NCBI GenBank assembly: GCA_963794325.1
Contig: CAWCDG010000009.1
Coordinates: 64,001-128,000, forward strand
Length of the DNA: 64,000 nt
Direction of reading: 5' to 3'
Source: an uncultured delta proteobacterium
GTDB taxonomy: Bacteria > Desulfobacterota > Binatia > Binatales > Binataceae
How positions within the stretch are numbered: position 1 is the stretch's first letter; every line of letters starts with the position of its first letter. The notes below the pieces were generated by a model. That model was given only the letters and a program-made list of their open reading frames with translations, had not been told where the DNA came from and did not search any database. Positions 1-10,209 of this stretch are shown here, one piece after another. Made by a program: the position numbers and the translations under genes.

Positions 1-342
1 GACAACATCGTCCACGATAGCGTTCCAGTCCAGACCCTGATCGAGCACTGTATAAGTGATGACGTGCAAGAGAGCATAGAAGAAAGCGAGCAAGCCGAGC
101 ATCCGCCGGATACGCATTGGCCATGTCCAACCGAAGGTCGTTTTCAGCGGCGTGCAGCCGAGAGCAGCAACCAGGAAGACGAGAGCGATCAGGCCGAGCT
201 GGTTCAAAGCTTGCGCAATTGGATCGGGGCCGAGATCGTCACGCCAGGCCCGCTCGAGAATAGCCGCGATCGGGACTAACGACCCGGTGAGCACTGCCGG
301 CTTGAGCCACGGCAACGGCGATTTCTTTCTTCGCGCTTCCAT
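1..342 (-). CDS. msrQ: MsrQ heme-binding membrane subunit (runs off the window edge)
   Basis: Manual translation MEARRKKSPLPWLKPAVLTGSLVP...LGCTPLK...RIRRMLGLLAFFYALLH carries ferric-reductase-like TP and RRxLGL..H motifs; directly downstream of msrP. Confidence 0.88.
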   Translation of the reverse strand, partial: MEARRKKSPLPWLKPAVLTGSLVPIAAILERAWRDDLGPDPIAQALNQLGLIALVFLVAALGCTPLKTTFGWTWPMRIRRMLGLLAFFYALLHVITYTVLDQGLDWNAIVDDVV

Positions 343-344
343 GC

Positions 345-1349
345 CTAGAAGAACGTCCTAAGGTCCATCCCCGTATAGAGGCTTGCCACCTGGTTCCCGT
401 AGCCGTTGAAAGGCAGGGTTGGGCGACGGTGATACTCGCCGATCCGTCTTTCGGTCGCCTGGCTCCAGCGTGGATGGTCGACTGCGGGATTCACGTTCGC
501 ATAAAAGCCGTACTCGTCCGGCCCCGCGATGTTCCATGAAGTAGGCGGCTGTTCCGCGGTCAGACTAATATTCACAATCGATTTGATCCCTTTGAAACCG
601 TATTTCCACGGAACCACAAGGCGGAGAGGCGCCCCGTCCTGGTTCGGTAGCCGCTTACCGTATAGACCGACCGCCAGGATCGTCAGCGGATTCATCGCTT
701 CGTCGATGCGCAGACCTTCGACGTAGGGCCATCGTAGAAGATCGGTGCGCTGACCCGGCATCTGTTGAGGATCTAGGAGTGACTTGAAGGCAACGTATTT
801 CGCTCGCGAGGTGGGCGCGACAAGCTTCAAGAGATCTCCTAGCGGGAAACCCACCCATGGGATAACCATCGACCAGGCTTCGACGCAACGCATCCGGTAG
901 ATACGTTCCTCAAGGAGAAACGATTTGATGAGCTGTTCAACCTCGAAAACTTGCGGGTGCGCCACCTCGCCATCGATCGCCACATGCCAGGGACGCGGTC
1001 TCAGGCTGTCGGCGTTCGCGGCCGGATCACTCTTGTCGGTGCCAAACTCGTAGAAGTTATTGTAGTTGGTTACGCCGTTGTAAGAGGTGTTCTTTTCCCC
1101 GGACGCGTAGTCGTAGTGCCGCGCAATGGTGAGCGCCGAGTCATCATCGGGCGCTCCAGTCGCGGTTGCCTTAGCTGTTTTCTCGTGGTCCTTTGCTCGA
1201 AGGCCTCGCATAAGCCAGAGCAGAGTGCTGCCAACCCCACTGCTTGTCGCCGCGAAGAGCAGCGAGCTCTTGATGAATTCGCGCCGCTGAAGGTACACCC
1301 TCTGGGGGGTGATTTCGCTCGTTGCGGGAATGTTACCGATGTCAGACAC
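345..1349 (-). CDS. msrP: Periplasmic methionine sulfoxide reductase catalytic subunit (molybdoenzyme)
   Basis: EITP..RREF Tat-like N-terminus, [47 protein letters not shown]. Confidence 0.95.
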   Translation of the reverse strand: MSDIGNIPATSEITPQRVYLQRREFIKSSLLFAATSSGVGSTLLWLMRGLRAKDHEKTAKATATGAPDDDSALTIARHYDYASGEKNTSYNGVTNYNNFYEFGTDKSDPAANADSLRPRPWHVAIDGEVAHPQVFEVEQLIKSFLLEERIYRMRCVEAWSMVIPWVGFPLGDLLKLVAPTSRAKYVAFKSLLDPQQMPGQRTDLLRWPYVEGLRIDEAMNPLTILAVGLYGKRLPNQDGAPLRLVVPWKYGFKGIKSIVNISLTAEQPPTSWNIAGPDEYGFYANVNPAVDHPRWSQATERRIGEYHRRPTLPFNGYGNQVASLYTGMDLRTFF

Positions 1350-1457
1350 CGCGGCCTGTACCTTCTCTCCAAAGCCTCAAACAGACGAAAATCGCATCGG
1401 CGCAGAAAGTTCCTCGCTAGTCGGGCGAATTTGCCACAACGACAAGCGTTCATGTCT

Positions 1458-1486
1458 TTAGATGCCGTGATTGTCCGAAGGGTTAC
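1458..1486 (-). promoter_or_regulatory. Putative ECF-sigma promoter upstream of msrPQ
   Basis: GTAACC-N18-TCTAA; same motif recurs before five other units. Confidence 0.6.
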
Positions 1487-1595
1487 CAATATAGCGGATG
1501 ATTCATCAGCCGCTTAGTCACGAATCAGGTGTCGTAGCCGGGAGCGTTACGCGCGATGTCGAAGCGCTCGAGGTCAATGACGGCCTGGCGCAACG

Positions 1596-1997
1596 TTATT
1601 CTGTCGGGTTCAGTAAGGGCGCGGGCGCGCAAGCGATTAACACAGTGCGTTCTAGTCCAGCTTCACGATGCTTGTGGATTTGCTGATATTCCGCCGTCAA
1701 TCCCATTTCGAATAGAGCCTTCGCACTTGGATATTCCACGAGTGCGACGGCGTCCCACTCGTCGGACGAATCGCCGATCAGCACCGACTCCGGCCGCCCA
1801 GACCACAAGACCTTCCCTCCGACTGCCTCGATCATTTTTACCACCCTTGAGCCGTATCGACCATACGCCTCCGCACCGGTTCCGGCCTCTTCTTGAGCCT
1901 TCGCCCTGAACTTGAGCAGGTTGAGCATCACGATCGGACCGGGGTGCTCTTTAATCAGTTCTGCGAACTTATTCGGGTCGGGACTGATATTGTTCAT
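1596..1997 (-). CDS. DUF1330 family protein
   Basis: GPIVMLNLLKFR...EAYGRY...WDAVALVEYPS...HREAGL pattern. Confidence 0.8.
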   Translation of the reverse strand: MNNISPDPNKFAELIKEHPGPIVMLNLLKFRAKAQEEAGTGAEAYGRYGSRVVKMIEAVGGKVLWSGRPESVLIGDSSDEWDAVALVEYPSAKALFEMGLTAEYQQIHKHREAGLERTVLIACAPAPLLNPTE

Positions 1998-2057
1998 TTG
2001 GCTATCCTATCTACCTTTTTGGGATTCGTCAGCAAATCGAAACCAATTCAGGAACAC

Positions 2058-2745
2058 TCAAGTGTCATACCCCGGAGAGTTACGCGCGACGTCGGAGCGA
2101 TCGAGCATACGCTTCCGCCAAAGCGCAACCGGGTCTTCGTCTTGCAAAACCTTGAAGGGACTCACACTTCGCGCCCACATGAATCCGCTGAAGGCGATGT
2201 AGTCTCCGTAGTCGGGTTCATTTCCAGCCAGGAACGGCTGCATCCTAACAGTAGCGCGAAGGAGCTCGATACTCTGTTGAAACTCGGTGACCCGACTTAA
2301 GCGATGCGCGCCTGCCTGCTCAAGCGACATGCCTAGTTTACGCTCACGGCTGGACCGAAAGTACTCGCGATCCTTTTCGTGGAGATGGTTAAACAGATCC
2401 ACAATTATCAAAGGCATTAGCCCAGGCATCAGAACGGTATCGGTCCACAGCTCCATGAATCGCGCGAATGCCTTCCCACCACGTCCGCGGAACAGGCTAG
2501 GACGTTCGGGATTAGTCTGTTCCAGATGATTCGCGATCTCCCAGGAGCCCACCACGGCTTTCCCCGAATCAACCAGCACAGGTACACGGCCCTGACCTGA
2601 GAAAGCGATTACGTCTTTATCGGTGAACCGCCAAGGTATCGTCTCGACGGGTAGACCTTTATGTTCAAGCGCCAGCGTATCCGCCAGCCGTAAGGGCTGA
2701 ACCGCCGAGCGGGGTCTGCGCCCGCCAGATCGTAAAGGATGAGTG
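2058..2745 (-). pseudogene. Glutathione S-transferase, LigE/beta-etherase-like, frameshifted
   Basis: N-terminal LILYDLAGADPARRFSPYGWRI is in a different frame from LALEHKGLPVETIPWRFTDKDVIAFSGQGRVPVLVD (shift near 2676); no start codon before an upstream TAG. Confidence 0.7.
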
Positions 2746-2809
2746 ACCTCTAAGTGTATGATCCTCAGTAGCTTATCGCAGATTAGGTTATTGAACAGGC
2801 GACACCGGA

Positions 2810-3703
2810 TTAGCTGTTGCTAAGCATGAAATTGACGACCACGCGTGCCAGTTCCTCACCCTTATCTTCCTGCAGGAAATGACCCGCTCCAATTATCGTC
2901 GTATGCGGCTGATTGCGAGCTCCCGGAATTGCCGACTGGAGCAACCGCTCTCCGCCTTTCGTGACCGGATCGCCATCGCTGAACGCAGTAAGAAATGGCT
3001 TCTCCCACCTTCGGAGGACTTCCCAAGCCTTGCGATTTGCCGGCACTGCGGGATCGTCGGGCGCGATAGGAACGAGAATAGGAAATTGGCGCGCACCAGC
3101 CTTGAAGCGCTCGTCGGGAAAGGGCGCATCGTATGCGGCGGCAACCTCGGGCGGAAGTGCGTTCGCACATCCACCCTGGACAATCTGACCGATCGGGAAA
3201 GTCGGTGTCTCCTGCGAGAATTTGCGCCATGCCATGAACGCGTCACCGATTGGGCCTTCACCGGTCGGCAGTCCGGTATTCGCCGCGACGATGCGCGCAA
3301 ATCGCTCTGGATGCTCTGCTGCGACGCGCAGTCCTATCACTCCTCCCCAGTCCTGGCACACCAGAGTTATTCCACGAAGATCGAGCTTCTGAATGAATCG
3401 GGCGGTCCAGTTTACATGCCCTTGATAAGTGTAGTCTCCACGATTAGCTGGCTTATCCGACCGTCCAAAGCCGACCAGATCCGGCGCGATAGCGCGCAAT
3501 CCCGCGGAGACAAAAACGGGAATCAATTTTCGATACAGGTATGACCACGACGGCTCGCCATGGAGCATCAGCACGGGCGGCGCGCTCTGCGGTCCTTCGT
3601 CAACGTAGTGCATTCTCAAACCGCCAACTTCCACATAGCGCGGCTTGAATGGGTAACCGGGCAGATTCGAAAAGCGCTCATCAGGCGTGCGCAATATTTC
3701 CAT
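2810..3703 (-). CDS. Haloalkane dehalogenase
   Basis: MEILRTPDERF, LHGEPSWSYLYR, nucleophile QDWGG, GHFLQED; RBS GGAGG upstream of ATG 3703. Confidence 0.9.
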   Translation of the reverse strand: MEILRTPDERFSNLPGYPFKPRYVEVGGLRMHYVDEGPQSAPPVLMLHGEPSWSYLYRKLIPVFVSAGLRAIAPDLVGFGRSDKPANRGDYTYQGHVNWTARFIQKLDLRGITLVCQDWGGVIGLRVAAEHPERFARIVAANTGLPTGEGPIGDAFMAWRKFSQETPTFPIGQIVQGGCANALPPEVAAAYDAPFPDERFKAGARQFPILVPIAPDDPAVPANRKAWEVLRRWEKPFLTAFSDGDPVTKGGERLLQSAIPGARNQPHTTIIGAGHFLQEDKGEELARVVVNFMLSNS

Positions 3704-3743
3704 CAGATTTCCTCCCAGAAATTGTGCCGACCCTTCAGTCTTC

Positions 3744-4121
3744 TTAATGGTGCCGAAGTGCCATCCGAATCGCGCGCAGCAAGCTTTCTTCATCAAAGGG
3801 TTTGACCAAGCTCGCGATCGGGTTAGCTTCGCGCATCATTTGCCTGGTCCACTTATCATCACGGCCGCTCATCAGGATGGTCGGCACGTGCCATTTTGAC
3901 GCAGCCAGACTCCAGCATAATTCGATCCCGTTCATCCCCGGCATATACACATCCAACAACAGGCACGCGTTGCCTATTGGGAGGTCGCCGCTCAGTAACT
4001 CTTCCGCGCTCTGAAAGTCGAGCACGATGAATCCCAAAACCTGCAACTGCCCTCGCAGCGCGCGACGTAGTGAGGTGTCGTCATCCACCACAATTACCGT
4101 GGCCGCCGCTCTATTCCGCAA
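3744..4121 (-). CDS. Single-domain response regulator (FixJ-like receiver)
   Basis: VVDDD, CLLLDVYMPGMNG, KPF; no output domain. Confidence 0.8.
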   Translation of the reverse strand: MRNRAAATVIVVDDDTSLRRALRGQLQVLGFIVLDFQSAEELLSGDLPIGNACLLLDVYMPGMNGIELCWSLAASKWHVPTILMSGRDDKWTRQMMREANPIASLVKPFDEESLLRAIRMALRHH

Positions 4122-4338
4122 CTAACGATACCAACTGAGATGAAGAGTATCGTTCGGAAGGAAGAACAGGCGGCCTTGCAACATCTTGTCGGGGGAGGGA
4201 CCGATGCCCGGTACGAAGTGCGCCGGATTGAAGGCCGCCTGTCCAATCTTGGCGAAACAGTTTCCGTGATTAGGATTCAGCATGACTCTGCCAGCGAGCA
4301 CATAAGTCGATCGGCGCCGTCTCTAGGCGTCGCGCTCG

Positions 4339-4639
4339 TTACCAAATCCAAACCGGTTGAAGCGCTTGGTCCACCTGCTCCTGCGCGACCTGCTGCCCGC
4401 TCTGCATGCGTTGCACGAGTTGATCGATTTCGTAGCTCTTCTGCGCGAAGGCTGGGTTGTTCTTATTTCCTTCGCGGGCCTCGCGCTGCGTTGCTTGGGA
4501 GGCATGCTCTAGTTCAGCAATGGTTTGTGCGTTGGGCTGAACGGCAGAGTAACTTCTCGAAATTCCGACAGACCCGGCTAGAGCCGGCGACGAGAGAGTC
4601 AAAGCCACCGTTCCGGCGGCGAAAATTGTGCTTCCTCAT
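4339..4639 (-). CDS. Small secreted hypothetical protein; start uncertain (GTG 4608, or ATG 4639 with a frameshift)
   Basis: Signal-peptide-like STIFAAGTVALTLSSPALA; ATG at 4639 has an RBS and promoter motif but is one base out of frame. Confidence 0.5.
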
Positions 4640-4657
4640 TGACTAACACCTCGGTAA

Positions 4658-4686
4658 TTAGAGTGGCGAAACCGGCGGAAGGTTAC
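4658..4686 (-). promoter_or_regulatory. Putative ECF-sigma promoter
   Basis: GTAACC-N18-TCTAA, identical boxes and spacing to the msrP site. Confidence 0.55.
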
Positions 4687-4805
4687 AGCCCAGCACTGAG
4701 TTTTGTGCACTTGGACCCAGATGAGATCGCCACCCGCGGGATGTTAGGATGGGCTCGCCGGTTGCAAGCGACACTAGTTGCGCCCATCCAGGTGCTGTCG
4801 AAGCA

Positions 4806-5630
4806 TCAGTTCTTAGCGACTGGGTACTCCGCGCTAGCACCCTCAATTCTGAGCGACGTAAGGTCTTGAATGAACGCCGCGACACCAAGATGCTCCAGTG
4901 ACCATGAAGGGTCGAGGTCAATAGTCATCTCCTGGACGAAAGAGCCAGGCTGCGTCGCGTCCAGTTCAAATGCCGGCAGCAATTTCCTCACGGTGTAATC
5001 GTAGGTGATTTCGCGCCCGCCGTTCTCGCCTGCGCCAATCTTGCTGACCAGACCGTTCTCGTAAATCGCCAGCATTACCACGAGCCGTCCGGACCCTGCG
5101 GAGCTCAACAATTGCGCGTTAACTTTGACCTGAAGTTTTCGAGACCCCGCTGGAGCGAGGCTCGTTTGAATGCTTGTGCGACCGCGCGGCGAGGTCGCAT
5201 GCGCAGCGGCCACCGCGCGCTCGATACTTCCAGCGTCAGAACCACTGCACTGCCACGCGCCGCCGATCACCATTTGAGGCGTGTACTCGCCGTCCAGGTT
5301 CATCGCCCGAGCGTAGTCGCTTTGTCGCTCAGACCATTGACGTGACGAAAACGGGTCAGCCCACCCTTGATTCCAGTAATCCACGTGGTAGGCCAGTGGG
5401 ATCACCGATTTTGACGAGGCGCCGAGCTCACTAATGAGCCCGTCGGCGGGCGGACAGCTGGAGCATCCTTCGGAGGTGAAAAGTTCCAGCACAACTGGCG
5501 CGCCAACTGCCGCTCCGTCCGTCTGAGAGAACGCAACTGCTTTATGAAAGAGACCGAATCCGATCGCGGCAACGGTTGCGACACTGACAATCCAGGGAAC
5601 AAGACCGAATCGCCCACGGGAGTTTCGCAT
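4806..5630 (-). CDS. DUF1223 secreted thioredoxin-like protein
   Basis: VVLELFTSEGCSSCPPAD, LAYHVDYWN, YTPQMVI, GENGG. Confidence 0.88.
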   Translation of the reverse strand: MRNSRGRFGLVPWIVSVATVAAIGFGLFHKAVAFSQTDGAAVGAPVVLELFTSEGCSSCPPADGLISELGASSKSVIPLAYHVDYWNQGWADPFSSRQWSERQSDYARAMNLDGEYTPQMVIGGAWQCSGSDAGSIERAVAAAHATSPRGRTSIQTSLAPAGSRKLQVKVNAQLLSSAGSGRLVVMLAIYENGLVSKIGAGENGGREITYDYTVRKLLPAFELDATQPGSFVQEMTIDLDPSWSLEHLGVAAFIQDLTSLRIEGASAEYPVAKN

Positions 5631-5703
5631 AGTGACTGTACCTCTCAAGCGTAAACTCGCTGCCGGTCGCGAGGTTGAAGCAATGTTTCGATCTGCGCTG
5701 GCG

Positions 5704-6738
5704 TTACAAAGCATCTTCGATCTCCGGAATGCTCATGGAATCGGCGGTCAAGCCTGGATGGGCTACCTGCACGCATGCCGAGTCAGGGTCTGTTCGCTTC
5801 GCCATGATCGATCGCACAATCGAGGCTTGCGGCGCATTTTGATCGAACGTGACTGAATCGCCGGAGGGGCGAACGCCCAGATCACGCCACATCGCACCGA
5901 GGTCGGGCGTTACTGGAGTTGCTTTCATTTGGTCGTACAACTCCGTGAGGACCGGCACGCCGACGGCGTCGTCTCCAACCTTCAGAGCCCGAACCAGCGG
6001 CCACTCGTGCTCCATGTTGCCGCCAGCGCGGACAATTCCCCGCAGCGCGTCCTGGAGCCCATATCGATTGTTCGTGCGCTGATGAATCTCGACATCCGCC
6101 ATCAGGCAGAACAGCGCGCCGCCCCAATAGGTGCGGCCCCACGTGTGGGTGTTATCGAGGCCGCGATCGCCGGACGCGGGCAGTCCTTTCGGAAGGCCAT
6201 CCACCAGTTCAAGCCAGACTGTCTCCGGCGAAAGATCGCCGACTTGTGAGCGCGCGATTGGCTCGACGTAGGTGGCGATCCCTTCCTCGATCCAGTGGTG
6301 CTCGTGGGGAACCGAAGGGAACGCTAGGTGGACCATCTCATGCGTCATTACCCAGTCGTCTCGCAGGCTTGATTCAGTGGCGAACCTCGACAAGCCAACC
6401 CTGATCACCAAAGTCTCATCGACTAATACTGTCCTGCCGAAGATTACGCCCCTGCCTTCGCCGATCGGCACTACCTTTACGTCCACTTTCCGAACGGGGA
6501 AACCGCCGTAGTATTCGCTTACGGCGCATGCCGATCTTCGAACCCAGTCGAGGACCTCAGTGCGCGCCACGCCGAGCTCACCGGGATCGATTTCCACCTT
6601 GATCGAGGCGCCGCCAATCGAGAGTGACTCATTCGGAGCCGGAGTCTCAGCGGCCGCGTTCATCACGGCAGCGACGCTGAAGAAAAACAAAGCCGCGAAC
6701 ACGATTCCCACTGCGGATCTTAAGCTACTGAAATCCAT
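5704..6738 (-). CDS. Secreted putative gluzincin-like metallopeptidase
   Basis: Signal peptide; HEMVH followed by WIEEGIATY; TYWGGALF. Confidence 0.65.
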   Translation of the reverse strand: MDFSSLRSAVGIVFAALFFFSVAAVMNAAAETPAPNESLSIGGASIKVEIDPGELGVARTEVLDWVRRSACAVSEYYGGFPVRKVDVKVVPIGEGRGVIFGRTVLVDETLVIRVGLSRFATESSLRDDWVMTHEMVHLAFPSVPHEHHWIEEGIATYVEPIARSQVGDLSPETVWLELVDGLPKGLPASGDRGLDNTHTWGRTYWGGALFCLMADVEIHQRTNNRYGLQDALRGIVRAGGNMEHEWPLVRALKVGDDAVGVPVLTELYDQMKATPVTPDLGAMWRDLGVRPSGDSVTFDQNAPQASIVRSIMAKRTDPDSACVQVAHPGLTADSMSIPEIEDAL

Positions 6739-6817
6739 CGTCGCCTTGTTCAAGAACGGGGCGAAGCGACTCTCGCCGCTTCGCCCCGTCTTGGAGGATT
6801 CGGCCTGCCAGCCGCCT

Positions 6818-8110
6818 CTATTGGCCCGAGAGCGACGCTGCTTCCATCGCACGGACCGTAAAAAATTCCTTATCGACCGCACCCTGATTGATGTACCAGC
6901 ATTCGTGTTCAGGAGTATGTTGCCCGGGCAGATAACACATCGTAGAGAAACCCCCTTGCGTGTCGATCCCGGCCGTGCCAACTACGAATTCCCGCTTGAA
7001 AGGATAAATCGCGATGCGCGCGTCGGGCACAGGCCGGTCACGATAAGCCAGCCAGTAGATGTGCGTGCGCCAGAGCTGGCCGCGCTGGTCGTAGGTGTCG
7101 ATGTAGGGCTCGAACCACACCTCGGAGTCCAGATACACGACCGTCTTCTGGTCGAGCGCGCCAGGGTTGTTGACGTCGCGACGCGGAGTCGCCTCGACGA
7201 TGTACATGTGGCGAGTCTCCCAGTTCTCCGGGCAGGCTGAAGCGCCGCCGTCGGTCGCACAGGTCACCTCCGGCGAATGAGCTGCGTGCACCGAGGCGAG
7301 CAACTCCTTCTCACCCAGAAATTTGTAGTCGTACTGCTCCGTCTTTGGGTTGAAGCCTGAGTAGTGATCCGGATCGTTGACCTGGGCGCCGGTTGCGGTG
7401 CTTAGAAGGGCTTCGTTCAGGCGGCGGACGCGTCGGCTGCCGGGGTTCCAGTCCCAGCTATCGTCGCCACGCTTGGGATCGGCGTAACGATAACGGATAA
7501 GTCCGGTTCCGCGTGCATCCTGTGGCGCTAGTACCGGGTAAAGCGCGAACAGCCAGAACCGGCCGGTCTTTTTGAAGTCGGGATCGACCGGCAGCGGCTC
7601 GACCTCGGTGCGACCGACCAGGTTGTAGCCCGCATAATGGCCGACTTCTATGTTGTCGATTATCTGCTGCTCCTTGCCGGGACGAATATATTCGCTCTGA
7701 CAGTCGAAAAAGCGCAGATCGTAATCGTCGCTCTGGATTGGCCGGAAGACGTTGTTCCAGATGACCTTGTTGGCAACGAAAGGATCATTCGCGTCGATCA
7801 GCGGAAAGGGCTGGCCGGCGACGTAGCCCACCATGCTGCGATGGTCCATCGTCAGACGAACCTGGGACGAGTACTTCTCGGTCGCGTCCATGTAGGGCGG
7901 TGGCCAATCGACCCGTTGAGTCGGCACGATGTTCATCTGCATCCCATGCTGAACCATGTAGTAGACGCCAGGCGAAATCAGGCTCTTGACCTTGGCAGCA
8001 TTCTCGGGCGTGATCACATCCCCCGGCTTAACCTGGGCATTCGCCATCGATGCCGCAAGAATAGACACTCCCACGCCTAGCATCGTCATCCTAAGTACTT
8101 TGCGAAGCAT
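6818..8110 (-). CDS. DUF1329 family periplasmic protein
   Basis: Signal peptide, KPGDVIT, YVAGQPFP, RRVRR, WETR; RBS AAGGAGG. Confidence 0.85.
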   Translation of the reverse strand: MLRKVLRMTMLGVGVSILAASMANAQVKPGDVITPENAAKVKSLISPGVYYMVQHGMQMNIVPTQRVDWPPPYMDATEKYSSQVRLTMDHRSMVGYVAGQPFPLIDANDPFVANKVIWNNVFRPIQSDDYDLRFFDCQSEYIRPGKEQQIIDNIEVGHYAGYNLVGRTEVEPLPVDPDFKKTGRFWLFALYPVLAPQDARGTGLIRYRYADPKRGDDSWDWNPGSRRVRRLNEALLSTATGAQVNDPDHYSGFNPKTEQYDYKFLGEKELLASVHAAHSPEVTCATDGGASACPENWETRHMYIVEATPRRDVNNPGALDQKTVVYLDSEVWFEPYIDTYDQRGQLWRTHIYWLAYRDRPVPDARIAIYPFKREFVVGTAGIDTQGGFSTMCYLPGQHTPEHECWYINQGAVDKEFFTVRAMEAASLSGQ

Positions 8111-8178
8111 TACCCGAACCTCCTTGAAAGTGTTGGGCGTGTGGGCATCGATCTCCCCGCGCCGTGAAACCTTGTGTT

Positions 8179-8769
8179 TCAATGACTATCGTGTTGAGAG
8201 AGTAAGTGAGGATCTTCAACCAGGCCGGCCTCGTCATTAGGAGCTTCAGCCGAGCTCTTCGATTTGTTTTGTTGTAGCCATGAACTGATAACTGGCTTGA
8301 TAAGACCATCCATGCTCAGCCATCCGGCTCCCGAAAAGAACAGCCAGACGAAACTCAGCGCATAGAGCGGTTCATCGAGCTCGGCGAAGTCATCAAGGCC
8401 ACCGACATTCTTTAGCTTTACAGTCAGGATCGCGACGATCATGTTGATGATCATCGGGACCGAGACGAAGCGCATTCCCAGACCGAGAATTGTCAGCGCT
8501 CCGCCGAGGAACTCCGTGTATGCCGACAGTGCGGCGTTGAACCCGGGGTAAGGAATTCCCCATCCCTGGAACCTGGTCGTGAACGCGTCGAGGTTGTGAA
8601 TCTTGGCCCATCCGGTCTCCATGAAGAAGTAACCGACGAACAGTCGCATGAGGAGGGCGGGAATCCACCAGGCAGCCGATAGCCGATCGGAGAGTTCAGC
8701 CGCTGCCGTTACGAGCCTTTTGTAGTTCACTCTGCTGATGCCTCCATTCGCGCTAGTTAGATGCGGCAT
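8179..8769 (-). CDS. DoxX family membrane protein (BufD-like)
   Basis: LMRLFVGYFFMETGWAK, EFLGGAL, GAGWLSMD; near the MNIO cluster. Confidence 0.85.
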   Translation of the reverse strand: MPHLTSANGGISRVNYKRLVTAAAELSDRLSAAWWIPALLMRLFVGYFFMETGWAKIHNLDAFTTRFQGWGIPYPGFNAALSAYTEFLGGALTILGLGMRFVSVPMIINMIVAILTVKLKNVGGLDDFAELDEPLYALSFVWLFFSGAGWLSMDGLIKPVISSWLQQNKSKSSAEAPNDEAGLVEDPHLLSQHDSH

Positions 8770-8864
8770 GGCGGCCGAGGTTACAGACTCCTGTTCGGCA
8801 GAGATTTATCCCAACCCATAGCAGCCGGGATGAGACGTTTCATTCGGCAAAGCATCAAAGTTGT

Positions 8865-9155
8865 ATGTATCGCGCAGACAGTATCGCAGAGCTGACAGGA
8901 ACCTTCCGGGTCGAAGAGCGCACAAAGCTTCGAATCGCACCACTGCTCCAAGCTGCCTCTTCCTTCAACGTACGAGCATTCCCTCTCTCTTCGAACGTGC
9001 CGGAGCTCCCGTCGAGGATCCCTGATCAAATTATCGACTTTTACGCTTTCGTGTTTTGCCAGAGCGGGTTTCGAAACTTGGGTCTGACTTTCGAGCAGTT
9101 CCTGGCGGTCATCTCCGTCGTCAAATTTCCGGAATTGCGGCCGACAGACCGCTGA
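8865..9155 (+). CDS. Hypothetical protein
   Basis: 96-aa ORF filling the gap, protein-like C-terminus (FYAFVFCQSGFRNLGLTFEQFL); preceded by weak GAGACG-N17-TCAAA motif. Confidence 0.5.
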   Translation: MYRADSIAELTGTFRVEERTKLRIAPLLQAASSFNVRAFPLSSNVPELPSRIPDQIIDFYAFVFCQSGFRNLGLTFEQFLAVISVVKFPELRPTDR

Positions 9156-9194
9156 TACGTTAATGATGCCTCTTCCACATCAACGCAGCCCAAT

Positions 9195-9800
9195 CAGCGC
9201 CGGAGAAAGACCGCTTTGGTGCTGGCGGGCGGTGGCATTACGGGCTTCCTCTACGAAGTCGGAGTCTTAACCGCCCTTGACGAGCTGGCCGGCCGAGCCC
9301 TGTCGAACGACTTTGATGTCTATGTCGGGACCAGCGCCGGTGCGGTGCTGGCTGCCCTGCTCGCCAATGGTGCTCGCGCGGCGGAGATCTTCGCAGCGAT
9401 GACTCAGAACGAGGCGGGGAGTCCTTTCTACTTTGAGTCTCGCGACATCCTGGGGGTCGGCTCTGGCGGGCCGCTGCGGATGATGGGTCAGTTCGCGCGC
9501 GCGACGTTCGGAACTCTGGGACGCGCGCTTCGGGCCAAACAACGGCCTCGTTCGCACAGATGTTTGCGGACTTTCAAGAGCATCATCCGCCCGGCTTCTA
9601 TTCGACCGCAGCCCTCGAGATGACGCTCTGCGACCGATTTTCAGTGCTTGGGTACAGCCACCAGTTCGACAAGCGATCGCGGGAACTTTTTGTTACCGGG
9701 ACAGACATCGATACCGGCGAGCATCTGGTTTTCGGCGCAGGTGAGTTCGCAGATTCTCACATTTGCCGTGCGGTCGCCGCCTCATGCGCAATCCCAATTC
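9195..9800 (+). pseudogene. Patatin-like phospholipase remnant
   Basis: LVLAGGGITG and GTSAG motifs; frameshift near 9550; second frame ends after AVAASCAIP with no DGG motif. Confidence 0.8.
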
Positions 9801-9833
9801 GAAAGCATACCGGCGGCCCTATGAGATCGGTGT

Positions 9834-9862
9834 GAAACCTTTTTCTCGCTGCGGACATCAAA
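9834..9862 (+). promoter_or_regulatory. Putative ECF-sigma promoter of the bufferin operon
   Basis: GAAACC-N18-TCAAA, 37 nt before the precursor ATG. Confidence 0.6.
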
Positions 9863-9898
9863 GCCACATACTAAACCACTCCTTAGGAGGAGAAAAAA

Positions 9899-10162
9899 AT
9901 GAACGCGAAGAATGCTCTGATCGCCAGTGCGGTGGCGATGCTGTTGGTCACCGGTGCCGTGAATGCGCGCGCCCAAGAGGGCACGGCCACCAACCAGGTG
10001 AAGTGCGTCGGTGCCAACAGCTGCAAGGGACAGTCGTCCTGCAAATCCGCCCAAAATGACTGCAAGGGCAAGAACGCCTGCAAAGGACAGGGCTTCGTCC
10101 AAACGTCCACGCAGGATTGCAAGGACAAGGGCGGTACCGTCGCACCTCCGGACGGCAAGTAG
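9899..10162 (+). CDS. bufA2: Bufferin-type (BufA2-like) secreted RiPP precursor
   Basis: Sec signal peptide then six Cys in repeated xCK(G/S) units; strong RBS; immediately upstream of DUF692. Confidence 0.85.
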   Translation: MNAKNALIASAVAMLLVTGAVNARAQEGTATNQVKCVGANSCKGQSSCKSAQNDCKGKNACKGQGFVQTSTQDCKDKGGTVAPPDGK

Positions 10163-10209
10163 ATCAACTGGGGGGACCTCGGCTTCGCCGCCGGGGTCCT
10201 GCCAAATCC

